The position numbers and the translations under genes were made by a program. From a bacterium (GTDB lineage Bacteria > Patescibacteriota > Minisyncoccia > Phycocordibacterales > UBA2100), in the NCBI GenBank assembly GCA_038128225.1, contig JAYPJF010000001.1, positions 318,740-376,516 on the forward strand: a stretch of 57,777 bases of DNA, read 5' to 3'. This document shows, piece after piece, positions 44,919 through 54,263 of this stretch (position 1 is its first letter; the number at the start of each line of letters is the position of its first letter). Under the pieces are notes generated by a model. That model searched no databases. It was not told where the DNA came from and saw nothing but the letters and a program-made list of their open reading frames with translations.

Positions 44919-46176
44919 ACGCTTCTCTGAGCGTGCGCTTCGCGATCAGGCCGCATGGATTATTGGCTGCATCAAGAGAGAATTTGTTAATCAGCAAGGG
45001 TTACTGGTAGGCGGGGGGACCGATGTGACTACAGAACAAAGCACTATCATCGATGATTTGGGTGACTTTTTACCGATGCTGGCGTACTTTGGCGAAGAAG
45101 AGATCGCTGACATTCATTTTTCATATTTGGAACAGAGCACCCATTCTCTTGTGTTTCAGGAAGCCTTTAAATACACCGATTTGATTTTTGGTCTGCTCTG
45201 GTATGCCCGTGTAGGTGTCCAGCGAGAACGAGCGCTGACGCTTGCGAAAAAAGTGATGGATCGATGCATCACATCGTTTTTTACACCTTCCATGCACTCA
45301 TTTAATGGATATAAACGCGCTCCTTCGTTGTTGCAAGTTATTGATACGTCTGACTCAACATTTATTGAGGTTTTTTCGGAATACGCGTCCATCATGCAGG
45401 AACCTATGTACCAGGAACGTGCCGATCAGGTACTGAAGCTGTTGGTTGAACATACATTCTTCAAACAGCACCACGTGCTTCCTATGATTTTGAGTCCGCG
45501 TGTTTCGCCACGAATGCTCGGGATCATTTTTGGTGACAAAGTCCGCCATGTCCGTCTGATGAAGCAAAACACTAATTTTGGATTTGGTGTTGCGGAACTC
45601 GCGCGGCATTCGCCGAGTTTTGGATCATATAGAAAAGTGTTCGCTGACCTTATTTCGGGTATTGAAACGATTGTTCGAGAGCCCGGTTCCGCGCATAATC
45701 TCATATCGGAACAAGGGGATCCAGAACTTCTCACTGCTTTTTCGCTTATCGATTTGTATATGGAAGGCCATGCAGTGTTTGCGGTTCAAGAATATTTGGA
45801 GCAAGCACGGAAAACTGCGGATTACTGGCTCAAGCACCAATCGCCAACAACAGGGTTATTTCCCAAACGCATCGGTGCGCAAGAAACCTATCTTGATTCT
45901 GAAACTGACATGGCGATTGCGCTATTTCGGTTGTCCGAAGTGTCAGGAGAGCAAAAGTATTTCACGGCTGCCGAACGTGTACTTGCCGGGGTGTGGGCAC
46001 ATCATCGCGGATCACGCGGATATATTCTTGAAGTTGACGTCGATTCAGGTAAACCGCTTTTCGTTCACTACAAAACAAAATATCTCGCGCTTTCATTGAA
46101 ACCGATCATTTATTTATTGGAGAGCGACATGATGGAGTCATCAGAGGTATTGCGAGTGCTTATGAAAGACCGTTAG
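44905..46176 (+). CDS. Hypothetical six-hairpin alpha/alpha-barrel protein (AGE-epimerase/GH-like fold)
   Basis: Repeated helical hairpins such as YLEQARKTADYW and ETDMAIAL..L...SG..KY..AA. Confidence 0.6.
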   Translation: MRKSERFSERALRDQAAWIIGCIKREFVNQQGLLVGGGTDVTTEQSTIIDDLGDFLPMLAYFGEEEIADIHFSYLEQSTHSLVFQEAFKYTDLIFGLLWYARVGVQRERALTLAKKVMDRCITSFFTPSMHSFNGYKRAPSLLQVIDTSDSTFIEVFSEYASIMQEPMYQERADQVLKLLVEHTFFKQHHVLPMILSPRVSPRMLGIIFGDKVRHVRLMKQNTNFGFGVAELARHSPSFGSYRKVFADLISGIETIVREPGSAHNLISEQGDPELLTAFSLIDLYMEGHAVFAVQEYLEQARKTADYWLKHQSPTTGLFPKRIGAQETYLDSETDMAIALFRLSEVSGEQKYFTAAERVLAGVWAHHRGSRGYILEVDVDSGKPLFVHYKTKYLALSLKPIIYLLESDMMESSEVLRVLMKDR

Positions 46177-47438
46177 TCGGTACGTAATTTTAAGAAAAGG
46201 AACAGGACGAGCAGCGTATCAGCAATGGTTGCGATGAGCTGCGACATGACGGCGCCCCAAATTCCGAATTGTGGAAGAAGAATCAAGAGAAGGGTGATAG
46301 AAAACAGCGATGTAAATAACTCTGTAGAGTAGAGCTCGCGCTTTTTGAAATGAGCGAGAAATGTTTTTCTAAAAAGGGCAACGGGAGCAAACAGGAGTGT
46401 TGCAGCAAGTACCTGAGAGAAGCCAATAGCCTCGACATACTGAGGAAAAATATATTCGTAGAAAAATGGAGCAAGCACTACGTAAGTACCGACGCACGCA
46501 ATCAATGCCATGAGATACAAAATCGCTTTGCGGGGCAAGGTGCGTTTTAGTGTTTGGATGTCGGTAACGACGAGTTTGGGAAATATGAGTGTTCGAATGA
46601 TTTTCGTAAAGCCACGCATTTGTTTAACGGGGGCTTGTGCAAACACATACACTGCAAGCTGTGTCGCGCCCAGGTAGTGGAACACAAGCACTTTATCGAG
46701 CTGGTCGGCAATAAAACTCACGGAATTTAAGAGCGTCAGGTGCTTACTCTCGTGAATTAGCGGGATGTTCGGCACATCGTTGCTTTGAGTTTGGTAGTGA
46801 GCGCGAGTTCTTCGGTAAAGGAGAAGTACTGTCACAGTGTTGGCAAGATAAAATGCCAACACGATGAGTACCGGATTATTGCTGACATACATAGCGCAGA
46901 GAAGCAGGACAGTGGGAATGATATTGCGCGCAGCGCCATAGAGTGTGAGGCGGTCAAACGCCTTCCGTCCTTCGAGAAACGGAGCGTAAATTTCTGCAGC
47001 AGACAAAAACGGCAGAAGTGAAGCGACAACGAGAAGGGCGGTGGCGAGCGTGTTGTTCGCGTTTATAAAGTAGTAAGCTGCACCTGCAAGGGCTATGAGT
47101 ACCATGACTACGTTCCACCGAAGTCGCATAAGGAAACCAACGCGAAGTGCCTCATTTGACCCCAAGGCAGAGGCGCGTGATATGGCAACATTGATTCCGG
47201 TGAGGGAGAATGCGGATACAATACCTCCAAGAGAAAGGATAAATTGATAGGTACCAAATGTTTCTTTAGCTACAAGGTGTGCAAAACCTACCGATAGAAC
47301 AAAGCCTGCAGCCATGGAAATCAGTTGGCCGGCAAAAAGGTACGAGCCGCCGTGTGCCAAATACACCATATCTGTTTTTGTATATTTTTCGCTCCACCGC
47401 AAAAGCGCTTGCACGCGATTGCCCATCATTTTCAACAT
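46173..47438 (-). CDS. Wzx/MOP-family polysaccharide flippase
   Basis: About 12 TM segments; KTDM.YL..GG, FG.YQF.LS, DQLDK.L....LG...LA.Y. Confidence 0.88.
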   Translation of the reverse strand: MLKMMGNRVQALLRWSEKYTKTDMVYLAHGGSYLFAGQLISMAAGFVLSVGFAHLVAKETFGTYQFILSLGGIVSAFSLTGINVAISRASALGSNEALRVGFLMRLRWNVVMVLIALAGAAYYFINANNTLATALLVVASLLPFLSAAEIYAPFLEGRKAFDRLTLYGAARNIIPTVLLLCAMYVSNNPVLIVLAFYLANTVTVLLLYRRTRAHYQTQSNDVPNIPLIHESKHLTLLNSVSFIADQLDKVLVFHYLGATQLAVYVFAQAPVKQMRGFTKIIRTLIFPKLVVTDIQTLKRTLPRKAILYLMALIACVGTYVVLAPFFYEYIFPQYVEAIGFSQVLAATLLFAPVALFRKTFLAHFKKRELYSTELFTSLFSITLLLILLPQFGIWGAVMSQLIATIADTLLVLFLFLKLRTD

Positions 47439-47507
47439 GGAGTCAATACTATCCGCGAAATGAATTTTCCGCTAGCACTTCTTGAAATGCCTGCTATTCT
47501 TGAGCGC

Positions 47508-49703
47508 ATGTTAGAAAAAACGCTGCGCTGGATTGTTATCGGGGGCCTTTTTGCTATCCCGTTTATTCCACTTATTGTTGCTCATAATTTATTTTTTCCG
47601 TTTATCACAGGAAAGAATTTCACATTTCGTATACTTGTTGAAATTTGTATTGGCGCGTGGCTTGCACTCGCACTCGTGTATCCTGCATATCGACCGAAAC
47701 GATCATGGCTACTGGGGGTATTCGCACTTTTTGTTTTAATCATTGGACTTGCCGATTTGCTCGGCGCAAATCCAGGCAAGAGTTTTTGGAGTAACTATGA
47801 GCGTATGGAAGGGTGGGTGACATTAGTCCACTTACTTGGGTATGTAACCATACTCACGGTGTTTTTAAATACCACAAAACTCTGGTCGTGGTTCTGGCAC
47901 ACGTCGATTGGGGTTTCGGTTATCATGGGCCTATATGCGGTGCTCCAGCTCGTTGGGTTTATAACAATCAACCAAGGCGGAGTGCGTGTGGATGGGACAC
48001 TTGGGAATGCAACCTATCTTGGCGTCTACATGCTCTTCCATTTGTTTATTACCGCACTCATGTGGGAATATACGGTGCGTAAAAATGCTACTCGGCGCAT
48101 CGCCTATGGTTTTTTGTACGGTAGCATCATGATGCTGAACATCGTGGTGCTATTTTTTACTGCGACACGCGGTGCGATTCTCGGAGTAATCGGAGGCGCG
48201 CTTCTTGCCATGTTTTTACTTATGGTATTCGCTCGATCGTCGCCGACTCTCAGGCGTATAAGTGCGGGCATGATCGGAGCACTATTGATTTTGGTGGGCG
48301 TTTTTATTCTCATTAAAGACACTCAGTTTGTACAAGGTATTGAACCGATGCGTCGCCTTGCATCTATTTCACTTACCGAAACCACAGTCGCCTCACGTTT
48401 TCTCAACTGGAACATGGCGTGGCAAGGAGTCAAAGAACGACCACTTCTGGGATGGGGACAAGAAAACTACAATCTTGTGTTCAATAAATACTATGACCCA
48501 CGAATGTACGCGCAAGAGCCGTGGTTTGATCGCGTGCATAATATCGTTTTTGACTGGTTGGTTGCCGGGGGTGTTCTTGGTTTTCTATCATATGCAAGTT
48601 TGTTTGCGGTCGCGTTATGGCTATTGTGGAGAGCTGGTGATTTCACCGTATACGAAAAAAGTATTTTAACAGGGATGCTCGCGGGGTATCTATTTCATAA
48701 CCTTTTCGTGTTCGACAACATTACGAGCTACATACTATTTGCCTCTACGCTTGCCTACATCAGTGCACGAGCAAGCATAGGAAGGGACGAATCGCTTTTT
48801 CGAAACGGCGCACTGCCGCAGCAGGCACTTCCCGTTATTGTGGGTGTTGTTGTTATCGTAACGTGGGGTGCCGCGTGGGTAACAAACGCTTCTGCGCTAG
48901 GGGCAAACCGGACTCTCATTCAAGCACTGTCGCCGCAAGCTGATCTCACTAAAAATCTTGAACTCTTTAAACAGGCGCTTTCATATGAGTCGTACGGTAC
49001 GCAAGAAATACGAGAACAGTTGATCCAGGGAGTTGGTCGTATTGCGCCAGATCCTAATATCCCGCTAGAACTTAAGTCACAGTTTGCGCAGTTCACTGTC
49101 TCAGAAATGCAAAAACAAGTAGAGAGTACACCAAATGACGCTCGGTTCCCGTTGTTCTTGGGTGTGGTACTCAATGCGTATGGACAGTACGCGGATGCCG
49201 AACGATATCTGCAAAAAGCAAAAGAGTTGTCGCCAAAAAAACAGTCAATACTTTTTGAACTCGCCTCAAACGCACTCGCTCAAGAGCGCTTTGATGAGGC
49301 AGAAGCGTACACACGTGCAGCGCTCGATCTCGAGCCGTCTTTCCAGGAGGCGCGCGTGCTATACGCAACAGTGCTGGTTATAAAAGGTGACTTCACCAAG
49401 GCGACTGAAGTTATGGCATCGTTGATTAAAGAAGGCACGACTCCCGATCAGCGTCTCGTAAACGCATATGCAGAGAAGAAGCAATATCGCACAATCGCAA
49501 CTATGTGGGAATCCCGCGTTGCAAAACATCCTGAGGATGGGCAGGCATGGTTTGCACTCGCTGCTTCATATCACGCAGCGGGGGATGTGCGTGCTTCAAT
49601 TGCCACACTTGAGCGAGCTGCTGCGGCACACACTGAGCTTGCAGCACAGGCAAACATGTTTATCGAGCAAATTAAGAACGGAACGTTACCGACTCCTCGG
49701 TGA
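47508..49703 (+). CDS. O-antigen ligase/polymerase (Wzy_C)-like membrane protein with C-terminal TPRs
   Basis: GTLGNATYL, T.TRGA.LG, R...W..A.....ERP.LGWG.ENY, FDRVHN...D.L...G.LG; helical TPR tail. Start placed at MLEK because of the -10 position; 47460 is an alternative. Confidence 0.87.
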   Translation: MLEKTLRWIVIGGLFAIPFIPLIVAHNLFFPFITGKNFTFRILVEICIGAWLALALVYPAYRPKRSWLLGVFALFVLIIGLADLLGANPGKSFWSNYERMEGWVTLVHLLGYVTILTVFLNTTKLWSWFWHTSIGVSVIMGLYAVLQLVGFITINQGGVRVDGTLGNATYLGVYMLFHLFITALMWEYTVRKNATRRIAYGFLYGSIMMLNIVVLFFTATRGAILGVIGGALLAMFLLMVFARSSPTLRRISAGMIGALLILVGVFILIKDTQFVQGIEPMRRLASISLTETTVASRFLNWNMAWQGVKERPLLGWGQENYNLVFNKYYDPRMYAQEPWFDRVHNIVFDWLVAGGVLGFLSYASLFAVALWLLWRAGDFTVYEKSILTGMLAGYLFHNLFVFDNITSYILFASTLAYISARASIGRDESLFRNGALPQQALPVIVGVVVIVTWGAAWVTNASALGANRTLIQALSPQADLTKNLELFKQALSYESYGTQEIREQLIQGVGRIAPDPNIPLELKSQFAQFTVSEMQKQVESTPNDARFPLFLGVVLNAYGQYADAERYLQKAKELSPKKQSILFELASNALAQERFDEAEAYTRAALDLEPSFQEARVLYATVLVIKGDFTKATEVMASLIKEGTTPDQRLVNAYAEKKQYRTIATMWESRVAKHPEDGQAWFALAASYHAAGDVRASIATLERAAAAHTELAAQANMFIEQIKNGTLPTPR

Positions 49704-49738
49704 GATCGTAGTAATTTGAGTGAAGGCTCATATATTAG

Positions 49739-49747
49739 TTATCCACA
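49739..49747 (+). promoter_or_regulatory. DnaA-box consensus TTATCCACA
   Basis: Exact 9-mer in an AT-rich intergenic region. Confidence 0.45.
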
Positions 49748-49878
49748 CAAAAAAGTTTTTTGATTACGCAAAATTTCTGTTTTGCATGATAATGACATAA
49801 GCATCTTCGCCGTGTGCAAGATGTTCGCTCGCGAAATCGAGCAAGGTCGAAGTTAGCCGATCGTTACCACTATCGATC

Positions 49879-49953
49879 ATGGCAAAGAAGAAAAAAGCGG
49901 CAAAGAAAGCAAAGAAGACCGCAAAAAAGAAGACGGCGAAGCGCCGCCGCTAG
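49879..49953 (+). CDS. 24-aa Lys/Ala-rich basic micropeptide MAKKKKAAKKAKKTAKKKTAKRRR
   Basis: Translated by hand (absent from the ORF track). Mixed synonymous Lys/Ala codons, structured leader and its own terminator. Confidence 0.7.
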   Translation: MAKKKKAAKKAKKTAKKKTAKRRR

Positions 49954-49968
49954 TCTTAGCGACCTTCG

Positions 49969-49999
49969 CACAAAACCCCCTTCGGGGGTTTTGTGTTTT
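49969..49999 (+). terminator. Intrinsic (probably bidirectional) terminator
   Basis: CACAAAACCCCC-TTC-GGGGGTTTTGTG followed by TTTT. Confidence 0.85.
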
Positions 50000-50062
50000 A
50001 TAAATCTACTGCAGCAAAATGAGCTGCGTGCCAACGTGAGTAAATGGTGCTAGTATGCCCGC

Positions 50063-52528
50063 ATGTTTAATTCGATCATGCGTGTATTTGGTGATGAAAA
50101 TGCACGAGCAGTGCGCCGGGCCGAACCGATTGTCGCAGCAGCAAACGCGCACGAAGAGGCGATCAAAGGCCTCTCGGACGAAGCGTTAAGACAAAAGACA
50201 TCTGAATTTAAAAAAAGACTGACTGAAGGTGAAGAGATAAATACGCTGGCACCAGAGGTATTTGCCACAGTACGAGAGGCGGCACGTCGCACGCTCGGCC
50301 AACGGCATTTTGACGTCCAGCTTATTGGCGGCATGGTTTTACATAATGGCGATATTGCAGAGATGCGTACTGGTGAAGGTAAAACACTTGTCGCAACGTT
50401 GCCAGCGTACCTCAACGCCTTACAGGGAGAAGGGGTTCATGTTGTGACGGTCAACGACTATCTTTCTCGGCGCGACGCTGTCTGGATGGGACAAATTTAT
50501 CATGCGCTTGGTCTTACGGTGGGAGTACTTAATCATCAAGCGGCGTTTTTATATGATCCCACACATCAAGAACAAGATAGCGAACGTGACGAGATCGGAG
50601 GTTTTCGTGTGCAACATGAGTTTTTGCGTCCTTGCTCAGCGAAAGAGGCATATGCTGCGGATATAACGTACGGTACCAACAGTGAATTTGGCTTTGATTA
50701 CCTACGTGATCAGCTTGAACACGATGCATCTCGATTGAGGCAACGCCCGCACGCGTATGCGATAGTCGACGAGATTGATTCCATTTTGATCGATGAGGCA
50801 CGTACGCCACTAATTATTTCAGCGCCTGTTGCAAACGCAGGGGAATTGTATGTCCGGTTTGCTACCATCGCGCGGTCGCTGGTGCGCGATGATGATTATA
50901 CGGTTGACGAGAAACATAAGCAGATCGCGCTTACCGACGAGGGAATCGCAAAGGCAGAGAAAGCTCTAGGACTTGAAAATATCTATACCGACGCGGGGGT
51001 TAAGTATGTGCACCACCTCGAAACTGCAGTCCGTGCGCAGGCATTATTTCAGCGGGACAAAGAATACGTAGTAAAAGACGGGGAGATCGTGATTGTTGAT
51101 GAGTTTACGGGACGATTGCAGCCGGGGAGACGTTGGAGCGAAGGGCTCCACCAGGCGATCGAAGCAAAAGAAGGGGTCGCAATTCAGCAAGAGTCTCGGA
51201 CTTTTGCGTCAATCACCTACCAAAACTATTTTAGACTATACAAAAAACTGTCTGGCATGACAGGCACGGCGGCAACCTCAGCCGAAGAGTTTTACCGCGT
51301 GTACGGTCTCAACACGGCAACGATCCCAACAAACAAGAAAGCGGCACGCATCGACCACGATGATCTCATCTTCCAAACAGAGAAAGGAAAATACAAAGCC
51401 ATTGTTGAAAAAGTGAAACAACTCCATGAGAAAGGGCAGCCGGTATTGGTCGGTACAGCTTCAGTGGAACGCAACGAGCTACTCTCCGCTTATTTTAAGC
51501 AGGCGGGCATTCCGCATGAGGTTCTCAATGCAAAAAATCATGAACGTGAAGGTGAGATCATCGCGCAAGCTGGCCGACGGGGCGCGGTAACAATCGCGAC
51601 AAACATGGCAGGGCGCGGAGTCGATATTAAGCTTGGTGGAAATCCCGCAACAGATGAAGAATATGCGGTAGTAAAAAAACTTGGGGGGCTCTATGTTTTG
51701 GGGACCGAGCGCCATGAGGCCCGTCGCATCGACAATCAATTGCGTGGTCGTGCGGGGCGACAAGGGGACCCAGGCGAGACGCAGTTTTTCGTTTCCCTTG
51801 AAGACTCGCTTATGCGGGTGTTTGCAAGTGATCTCGTAAAGCGGGTAATGGGTACGTTCGGCATTCCCGAAGATGAGCCGATCTACAATAGTATGATCAC
51901 GCGTTCGCTCGAGAGAGCTCAGACAAAAATCGAAGAATTCAACTTTGACGCACGGAAACATGTGCTAGCCTACGACGACGTGCTGAATGTACAGCGTGCA
52001 TCGGTATATGGACAACGTCGCGCACTTTTGACAGGAGACCGACTGGCGATAGAACAGGCTCTCGAAAAAATAACCCGTGCACATCCAGAACTTGCAACAG
52101 TCATCACCGAAAAGCGCACACAGTATGGCGACGAAGCTTTTTTTGATGCAGCGCGTCGCATTATGTTGCAGACTATTGATTTTCTTTGGGTGGACCATCT
52201 TGAGGCTATGGAGTACTTGCGCTCTAGTGTAAATTTGCGTGCGTATGGACAGCGCGACCCACTCGTTGAATACAAGAAAGAAGGGTTGCGCATGTTTCAG
52301 GTGATGGAGTCGTCATACCTCGAGCATGTTGCGCACATGTTGCCACAACTTACAAAGCGAGAGGAGCGTGCACTGCAAGACAAAGAAGTGGTGCCACAGG
52401 CGACAGATATCATGCAAGGGACGGGCCGCAATGAAAAAGTTCGTATCACAAATGGGGTAGAAGTAAAAGAAATGAAGTTCAAAAAGGCGGAACCACTGCT
52501 TAAAAGCGGTGGGTGGCGGCTCGCTTAA
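50063..52528 (+). CDS. secA: Protein translocase subunit SecA
   Basis: AEMRTGEGKT, VVTVNDYL, DEIDSILIDEARTPLIIS, GRRWSEGLHQAIEAKE, TIATNMAGRGVDI, RIDNQLRGRAGRQGDPG, YGQRDPLVEYK. Confidence 0.98.
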   Translation: MFNSIMRVFGDENARAVRRAEPIVAAANAHEEAIKGLSDEALRQKTSEFKKRLTEGEEINTLAPEVFATVREAARRTLGQRHFDVQLIGGMVLHNGDIAEMRTGEGKTLVATLPAYLNALQGEGVHVVTVNDYLSRRDAVWMGQIYHALGLTVGVLNHQAAFLYDPTHQEQDSERDEIGGFRVQHEFLRPCSAKEAYAADITYGTNSEFGFDYLRDQLEHDASRLRQRPHAYAIVDEIDSILIDEARTPLIISAPVANAGELYVRFATIARSLVRDDDYTVDEKHKQIALTDEGIAKAEKALGLENIYTDAGVKYVHHLETAVRAQALFQRDKEYVVKDGEIVIVDEFTGRLQPGRRWSEGLHQAIEAKEGVAIQQESRTFASITYQNYFRLYKKLSGMTGTAATSAEEFYRVYGLNTATIPTNKKAARIDHDDLIFQTEKGKYKAIVEKVKQLHEKGQPVLVGTASVERNELLSAYFKQAGIPHEVLNAKNHEREGEIIAQAGRRGAVTIATNMAGRGVDIKLGGNPATDEEYAVVKKLGGLYVLGTERHEARRIDNQLRGRAGRQGDPGETQFFVSLEDSLMRVFASDLVKRVMGTFGIPEDEPIYNSMITRSLERAQTKIEEFNFDARKHVLAYDDVLNVQRASVYGQRRALLTGDRLAIEQALEKITRAHPELATVITEKRTQYGDEAFFDAARRIMLQTIDFLWVDHLEAMEYLRSSVNLRAYGQRDPLVEYKKEGLRMFQVMESSYLEHVAHMLPQLTKREERALQDKEVVPQATDIMQGTGRNEKVRITNGVEVKEMKFKKAEPLLKSGGWRLA

Positions 52529-52790
52529 GTAGTCTAATGTGTGGAAAACTTTTTGGGCAACATAAGTTAGCAGGAATCATTAAAAAGCGGCATTCGCAAA
52601 AAGTTCCTATTTCTAATTGAATCTCGGCAAACCGAGGCAAGTACTTTATGGGAATCTCGGTGCTTTTCGCGCGCCCTTGGTGTAGTGTCCTTTACTCTAT
52701 TTTTTCTAGATTCGCTTTGAAGGAACCGGGAACTGTAGCAGTCTACGTACCCTCACTTGTTGGTTTTTCGATTGTGCGTACAATGCCGCT

Positions 52791-54233
52791 GTGGAGCTAA
52801 TTCCGACAATAGGACTCGAAATTCACGTTGAGCTGCGCACTAAGACAAAGATGTTTTGCGCATCCAAAAACGACCCGCATGCCTCAGCGCCAAACACAAA
52901 CGTGTGCCCTGTATGTATGGCGCATCCAGGAACGCTGCCCGCTATAAACAAGACCGCTGTCGCGCACGTTTTGCGCGTAGGAAAGGCTGTTGGTGGTACT
53001 CTTGCAAATTATACTGAATTCGATCGTAAGAACTATTTTTATCCAGATTTGCCAAAGGGATATCAGTTGAGCCAGTACGCACACCCTTTAGTTTCAGGCG
53101 GCACGCTTTTTGATGTTGGGATAACACGTATCCATCTCGAAGAGGACACAGCGCGCTCGGCGCATGATCCGAGTTCTGGGGTAACGCGCATTGATTATAA
53201 TCGAGCCGGGGTTCCGTTGATGGAATTGGTAACGGAACCGGAGATTCACACTGCAAAAGATGCCGTTAATTTTGCAAAAGAACTTCAAATTCTTTTGCGG
53301 ACACTTGGGGCAAGTGACGCGAATATGGAAAGAGGGGAAATGCGAATCGAAGCGAATGTTTCGCTTGGCGTAAGAGGAACACTTGGCACTAAGGTAGAAA
53401 TCAAAAATCTAAACTCATTTCGCTCTGTCGAGCGCGCGATTGAACATGAACTAAAGCGACAAAAACATTCTATAGAAAAGGGTTTAAAAGTTGAACAACA
53501 AACTTTGGGATGGGACGAGCATAAACAAAGTACGTTTCCACAACGTACAAAAGAGGGCTCGGCTGACTACCGGTACTTTCCTGACCCTGACCTTCCTAAA
53601 CTCGTCATTAGTGAGGTTACAGACTTTGATAACGGCAAACTACAGGCTGACACACCGGAATTACCTTGGGAGAAACGCGCAAGACTCGAGAAAATGGGTC
53701 TGAACTCTGAAGATGCATCGATGTATGTTGCTGATGAACGGCTTGGAAGTTTTTTTGATAGCGTGGCGCTAAATTTAAAAGGCGCAACGCCAGCGCTTGC
53801 AGCTAACTATATTTCAACCGATGTGGTCAAACTTATCCGAGACATCGAGGCGCGAGATTCGCTACTTCTTAAAAAAATACCCATTGCAGCGCACTCTTTT
53901 GCACAAGTGATTGATATGGTTCAGAATGCAGAACTCTCATCGAGAGGCGCAAAGACTCTGATTGCCGATTTATGTGTCTCGGATTTCGATCCAAAGGCCA
54001 AGGCAGTTGAATCTGGACTACTGCAACAGAGCGAAGACATCGCGCTCATACCCCTAGTTAAAGAGATCATCAATGCTCATCCTGGTGTTGCATCTGAATT
54101 TGTGGCAGGCAAGGAAAGTGCGCTGCAGTTTTTGGTTGGCCAAGCAATGAAAAAAACACGCGGCTCCGCAAACCCGCAAAAAGTCCATGCGCTTTTAAAA
54201 GAACAGCTTAGTAATCCACATATCGGGACTTAG
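52791..54233 (+). CDS. gatB: Asp-tRNA(Asn)/Glu-tRNA(Gln) amidotransferase subunit B
   Basis: IGLEIHVEL, FDRKNYFYPDLPKGYQ, IHLEED, DYNRAGVPLMELVTEP, EIKNLNSF, YRYFPDPDLP, GQAMKKTRG.ANP. Confidence 0.98.
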   Translation: MELIPTIGLEIHVELRTKTKMFCASKNDPHASAPNTNVCPVCMAHPGTLPAINKTAVAHVLRVGKAVGGTLANYTEFDRKNYFYPDLPKGYQLSQYAHPLVSGGTLFDVGITRIHLEEDTARSAHDPSSGVTRIDYNRAGVPLMELVTEPEIHTAKDAVNFAKELQILLRTLGASDANMERGEMRIEANVSLGVRGTLGTKVEIKNLNSFRSVERAIEHELKRQKHSIEKGLKVEQQTLGWDEHKQSTFPQRTKEGSADYRYFPDPDLPKLVISEVTDFDNGKLQADTPELPWEKRARLEKMGLNSEDASMYVADERLGSFFDSVALNLKGATPALAANYISTDVVKLIRDIEARDSLLLKKIPIAAHSFAQVIDMVQNAELSSRGAKTLIADLCVSDFDPKAKAVESGLLQQSEDIALIPLVKEIINAHPGVASEFVAGKESALQFLVGQAMKKTRGSANPQKVHALLKEQLSNPHIGT

Positions 54234-54263
54234 ACAATATTTTCTAGATATTATAATTCTCGG

